64,000 nucleotides of DNA from an uncultured Chloroflexia bacterium (GTDB lineage Bacteria; Chloroflexota; Anaerolineae; Anaerolineales; UBA4823): assembly GCA_963726315.1 (NCBI GenBank), contig CAVSBZ010000002.1:181960-245959 (forward strand), written 5' to 3'. Numbering within the stretch: the stretch's first letter is position 1; every line of letters begins with the position of its first letter. Positions 62,101 to 64,000 of this stretch are shown here, in pieces. Both the position numbers and the translations under genes were made by a program. The notes beneath the pieces are model-generated. The model ran no database searches. It was not told the DNA's origin and saw only the letters and a list, made by a program, of their open reading frames with translations.

Positions 62101-62185
62101 CAGTGTTTACAGGCTCGTTAATAAGTCCGATAATTAGCATAACTGTGATCAAAGTGGATGTAATGCTGTATAATGATTTCTTCAT
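59114..62185 (-). CDS. Secreted LVIVD-repeat protein with Ig-like and PKD domains
   Basis: Signal peptide; many V.VSG.YAYVAD...GLRVVDVS.P..P.EVG repeats; WDFGDG PKD domains; C-terminal KVYLPIIKK. Confidence 0.9.
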   Translation of the reverse strand: MKKSLYSITSTLITVMLIIGLINEPVNTALGQSNARGKTMQQSPSGNNLDYIGQIGGNTNAVDVEGDYAYIGEGGRLTILNITNPAMPTVIGKAIPLSGMVTGIVVSGNYAYIAVLDAGLRIIDIGNPADPAEVGYFDTPGSANAVAISGGYAYIADFDAGLRVVDISDPSTPFEVGFYDTLGESRGVDVSGEYAYLADGGTGLRIINISNPLNPVEVGYYDSPGTAYDVDISGEYAYLADLHAMRVINISNPYSPFEQGVLGYGEPLVTALVYSSTQDYVYAAIGEFGLDLVDVSDKTHPHPHGTCDTPGNAVGVDVSTGFIYGADTNFGLRIVDVNNPDLPTEVGFYSGLGPTMAQNVTVAGGYAYVADDDNGLRIVDVNDVNTPVSVGVFDTPADTHDVVVSGTYAYIVDGSRGLRVLDVSDPSNPGEVGFYDTDGNAFGVAFSGGYAFVADQGNGLRVVDVSNPNNPVEVGYYFPPGAGGDANGVAIFGSYAYLAAGFAGLRVLDVSNPANPTEVGYFDTQSSAVDVAISGEYAYVGDDEDGLRVIDVSNPTSPIEVGFYDTAGFADSVSVSDDYVYIADGDNGVRVVDVSSPTNPVEIGFYETSDYAFGVATSAGYVYVADREGGMLILHYGIIQNQPPEAVDDSGPGFTTNEDTSFLTASVLSNDVDPDGDPLFLDSYDDSGVVGVLIYLGEGSFAYSPDEHFEWLGEGDLATDIFTYVVSDGVLTDTATVTLTITGVNDPPIVDAGDDQEVDIGQQVSFAGAFTDPDWQGGTYEWDLGDGETISGTLTPTHMYSEPGVYTVTLIVTDDEGGVGSDWLLVTVGNEPPIVEAGDNIFENEGQQIQFSGNFTDPDWTEGTIQWDFGDGITASGTLTPTHAYGDNGTYTVTLTVTDAGGASGTDWLIASIGNLSPHLSGFPDVTIIVGGQLTITGVITDPGWLDTHEVFIGWEGSAPGPIGYVKLDAGVTDFSASFTYEESGVYQVWVQVRDDDMGSMTNYFTVIVLTTGPKVYLPIIKK

Positions 62186-62519
62186 ACTTATGGCTCCCTT
62201 ATTGAACTTAATGAATTACAAAGTGACAATTGCCAGCTGAAAATCCAGCTCTACTGGGTGAATTTTCTACCCCCCAAAGGGCGTCTAATTATCAGATTGC
62301 TCGGATGATCCCCCGTGTAATAGCACAGAATTGTTGCTTGGTTGCTTCATGAATATAGCATTAATACTGCCTTAATTCAAGTTAATCGGAGGTTGATTTC
62401 TGGGATGCCATTCTCCTCCCACCCAGTGTAGATATTTAGTGATGATTAATTGATTCTATGTCATAATAATATTAGGTTAGGGCTTGAATGACACTCAAAC
62501 CTTATGTCCGTAGATCTAT

Positions 62520-62715
62520 ACCGAGAAGGAGCAGAGATTGCTGTTCTTCTCACCCTGGAAGAACCCACCCGTGATATGACGGTGAGGCATTGTCTTCTGG
62601 TGCATACCAATCGGAGTTTTGGGCAAGATCCAACCAAAAGATGCAGATATTGACGATTGAACAACTACTAGCAGGTTTGCAGGTTAAGATGCCTCCAGAG
62701 ACTGGCACATTCCTG
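62520..62715 (+). pseudogene. Frameshifted C-terminal fragment of a DNA methyltransferase/Mrr-like endonuclease fusion
   Basis: REGAEIAVLLTLEEPTRDM/EALSSGAYQSEFW...MQILTIEQLLAG...MPP read across a frameshift. Confidence 0.55.
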
Positions 62716-62905
62716 GTCTCTCGAAAAGGACGGAAAATGGAAGATAACCACAGCCAACATGATTTTTATTTTGAATTATCCTTAATCGTAGCGATATGAA
62801 TGGGGATTAAATTAGGAATGAATAAAAACCACAACTTCGTATTGAATATTTGTCAATTGATTTAATCTGCGATAGAATTATTACAAACTTATTCAGGAGT
62901 TATCT

Positions 62906-64000
62906 GTGATCGAAAAGTTAACAATTCGCGATTTTGCAGGAATTAGTAAACTTGAAATGACTTTGGACGAAATTAACATTTTAATTGGCCCTCAAGCAAC
63001 AGGTAAGAGTATTTGTGCAAAGTCATTTTATTTATTTAAGAACTTTGTCAACGATCTATTCTCAGCAGGTGAACAAGGATTAAGTAAGATAGATTTCGAA
63101 CGGTCATTCCTTAGAAAATTTGACGATTACTTTCCAATTGATAGTTTAGGTCAGTCAGATTTTATTCTTAGATATGAAATTGAAGATAAATTTATTCAGA
63201 TTTTTAGAACAAAGACCAAAACAAAAGTAGAATATTCAGATTTTTATATTCATGAACTTACTTGTCTGAGGAAGCAATTTAAAGGAATCAATAAAAATCC
63301 AGATGAAGAAGATATAGAAAGATACAAATCTTCTTATAAAATTCGGACGGATTATTTGAAGAGGTTGCAAACCGTAGGGTCTCGTATAGTCTTTTCACAA
63401 CTATTTATTCCTGCTGGGAGATCATTCTTTGCAATACTACAAAGTAATATCTTTTCCTTTCTTTCGGCTAATAAAGGTTTAGATCCTTTTTTAACTGAAT
63501 TTGGTTCCCTTTATGAAAATTTAAAACGATATTCCTTAGATTACATGGAAAGGGACAAAAAACTCAGGGGGCAGAAGAAAATTATCGAACCACTTGTTGA
63601 AGAAATATTGGGTGGAAAATACACACGCGAAAGGGGAAAAGATTATTTAGCTTTAAAGGATGGCCGACGCACAAGTCTTGTAAATTCATCCTCAGGTCAG
63701 CAAGAAATATTGCCTATAGCAATTATATTAAGCACATTACCTTTTATAGGATTCCAAGATGGGGCGACAATTTATATAGAAGAACCTGAGGCGCATTTGT
63801 TTCCATCGGCTCAGCGTAAAATTGTAGAGCTTATAGCTACAATATATAACCGATCAAATAAACAATTACAGTTTATTATAACCACTCATAGCCCGTATGT
63901 TTTAGCAGCATTCAATAATCTACTTCACGCAGGAAACCTTTCTCTTGAGTTGGATCGAAAACATAAGGCCAAGCTACAGGAAATAGTATCAGAAGAACAA
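62906..64000 (+). CDS. AAA_15/AAA_21-type ATPase (3'-truncated by window edge)
   Basis: AGGAG RBS + GTG; INILIGPQATGKS (Walker A), FIPAGRS, SSGQQE, IEEPEAHLFP, ITTHSPY. Confidence 0.88.
   Translation, partial: MIEKLTIRDFAGISKLEMTLDEINILIGPQATGKSICAKSFYLFKNFVNDLFSAGEQGLSKIDFERSFLRKFDDYFPIDSLGQSDFILRYEIEDKFIQIFRTKTKTKVEYSDFYIHELTCLRKQFKGINKNPDEEDIERYKSSYKIRTDYLKRLQTVGSRIVFSQLFIPAGRSFFAILQSNIFSFLSANKGLDPFLTEFGSLYENLKRYSLDYMERDKKLRGQKKIIEPLVEEILGGKYTRERGKDYLALKDGRRTSLVNSSSGQQEILPIAIILSTLPFIGFQDGATIYIEEPEAHLFPSAQRKIVELIATIYNRSNKQLQFIITTHSPYVLAAFNNLLHAGNLSLELDRKHKAKLQEIVSEEQ

Overview
Chromosomal window that looks like an Anaerolineae-type Chloroflexota bacterium. This is inferred from C-terminal 'xx(Y/F)LPxxxK' tails on secreted proteins, PTA-repeat lipoprotein linkers and AGAAC-N4-GTTCT SOS boxes. 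Left part: M48 peptidase, MenA/UbiA prenyltransferase, a paralogous gene pair, a CbpA/CbpM-like chaperone pair and a broken ABC exporter. About 9.1-29.7 kb is a catabolic island with AT-rich intergenic DNA: an SDR, an NTF2-like protein, two non-pyrrolysine MttB-family methyltransferases, two corrinoid proteins, an Opp/Dpp-type ABC importer, GntR, orphan GcvPA/GcvPB and an AcoX-like kinase. It ends at a 70-bp tandem array built from the 3' end of tRNA-Ser(GCT), followed by two tRNA-Ser genes, and a decayed copy of the array's terminal unit marks the far end. Right part: murJ, an S8 protease, a divergent gene pair with LexA boxes inside both promoters (lytic transglycosylase plus membrane protein), large PKD/Ig and LVIVD surface proteins, an NYN nuclease, methylmalonyl-CoA mutase, PFK, an FGGY kinase + S1P-lyase-like operon, a cluster of TPR lipoproteins, a repeat-rich non-coding block with a third SOS-type promoter, an R-M gene remnant and a partial AAA ATPase. 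Most intriguing: (i) the tRNA-3'-end array with a hairpin inserted exactly at the T-loop boundary, (ii) the candidate SOS-controlled cell-wall/division module and SOS-controlled structured RNA, and (iii) three copies of an element-end motif, each followed by a decayed tRNA 3' half. All calls are by eye; no searches were run.
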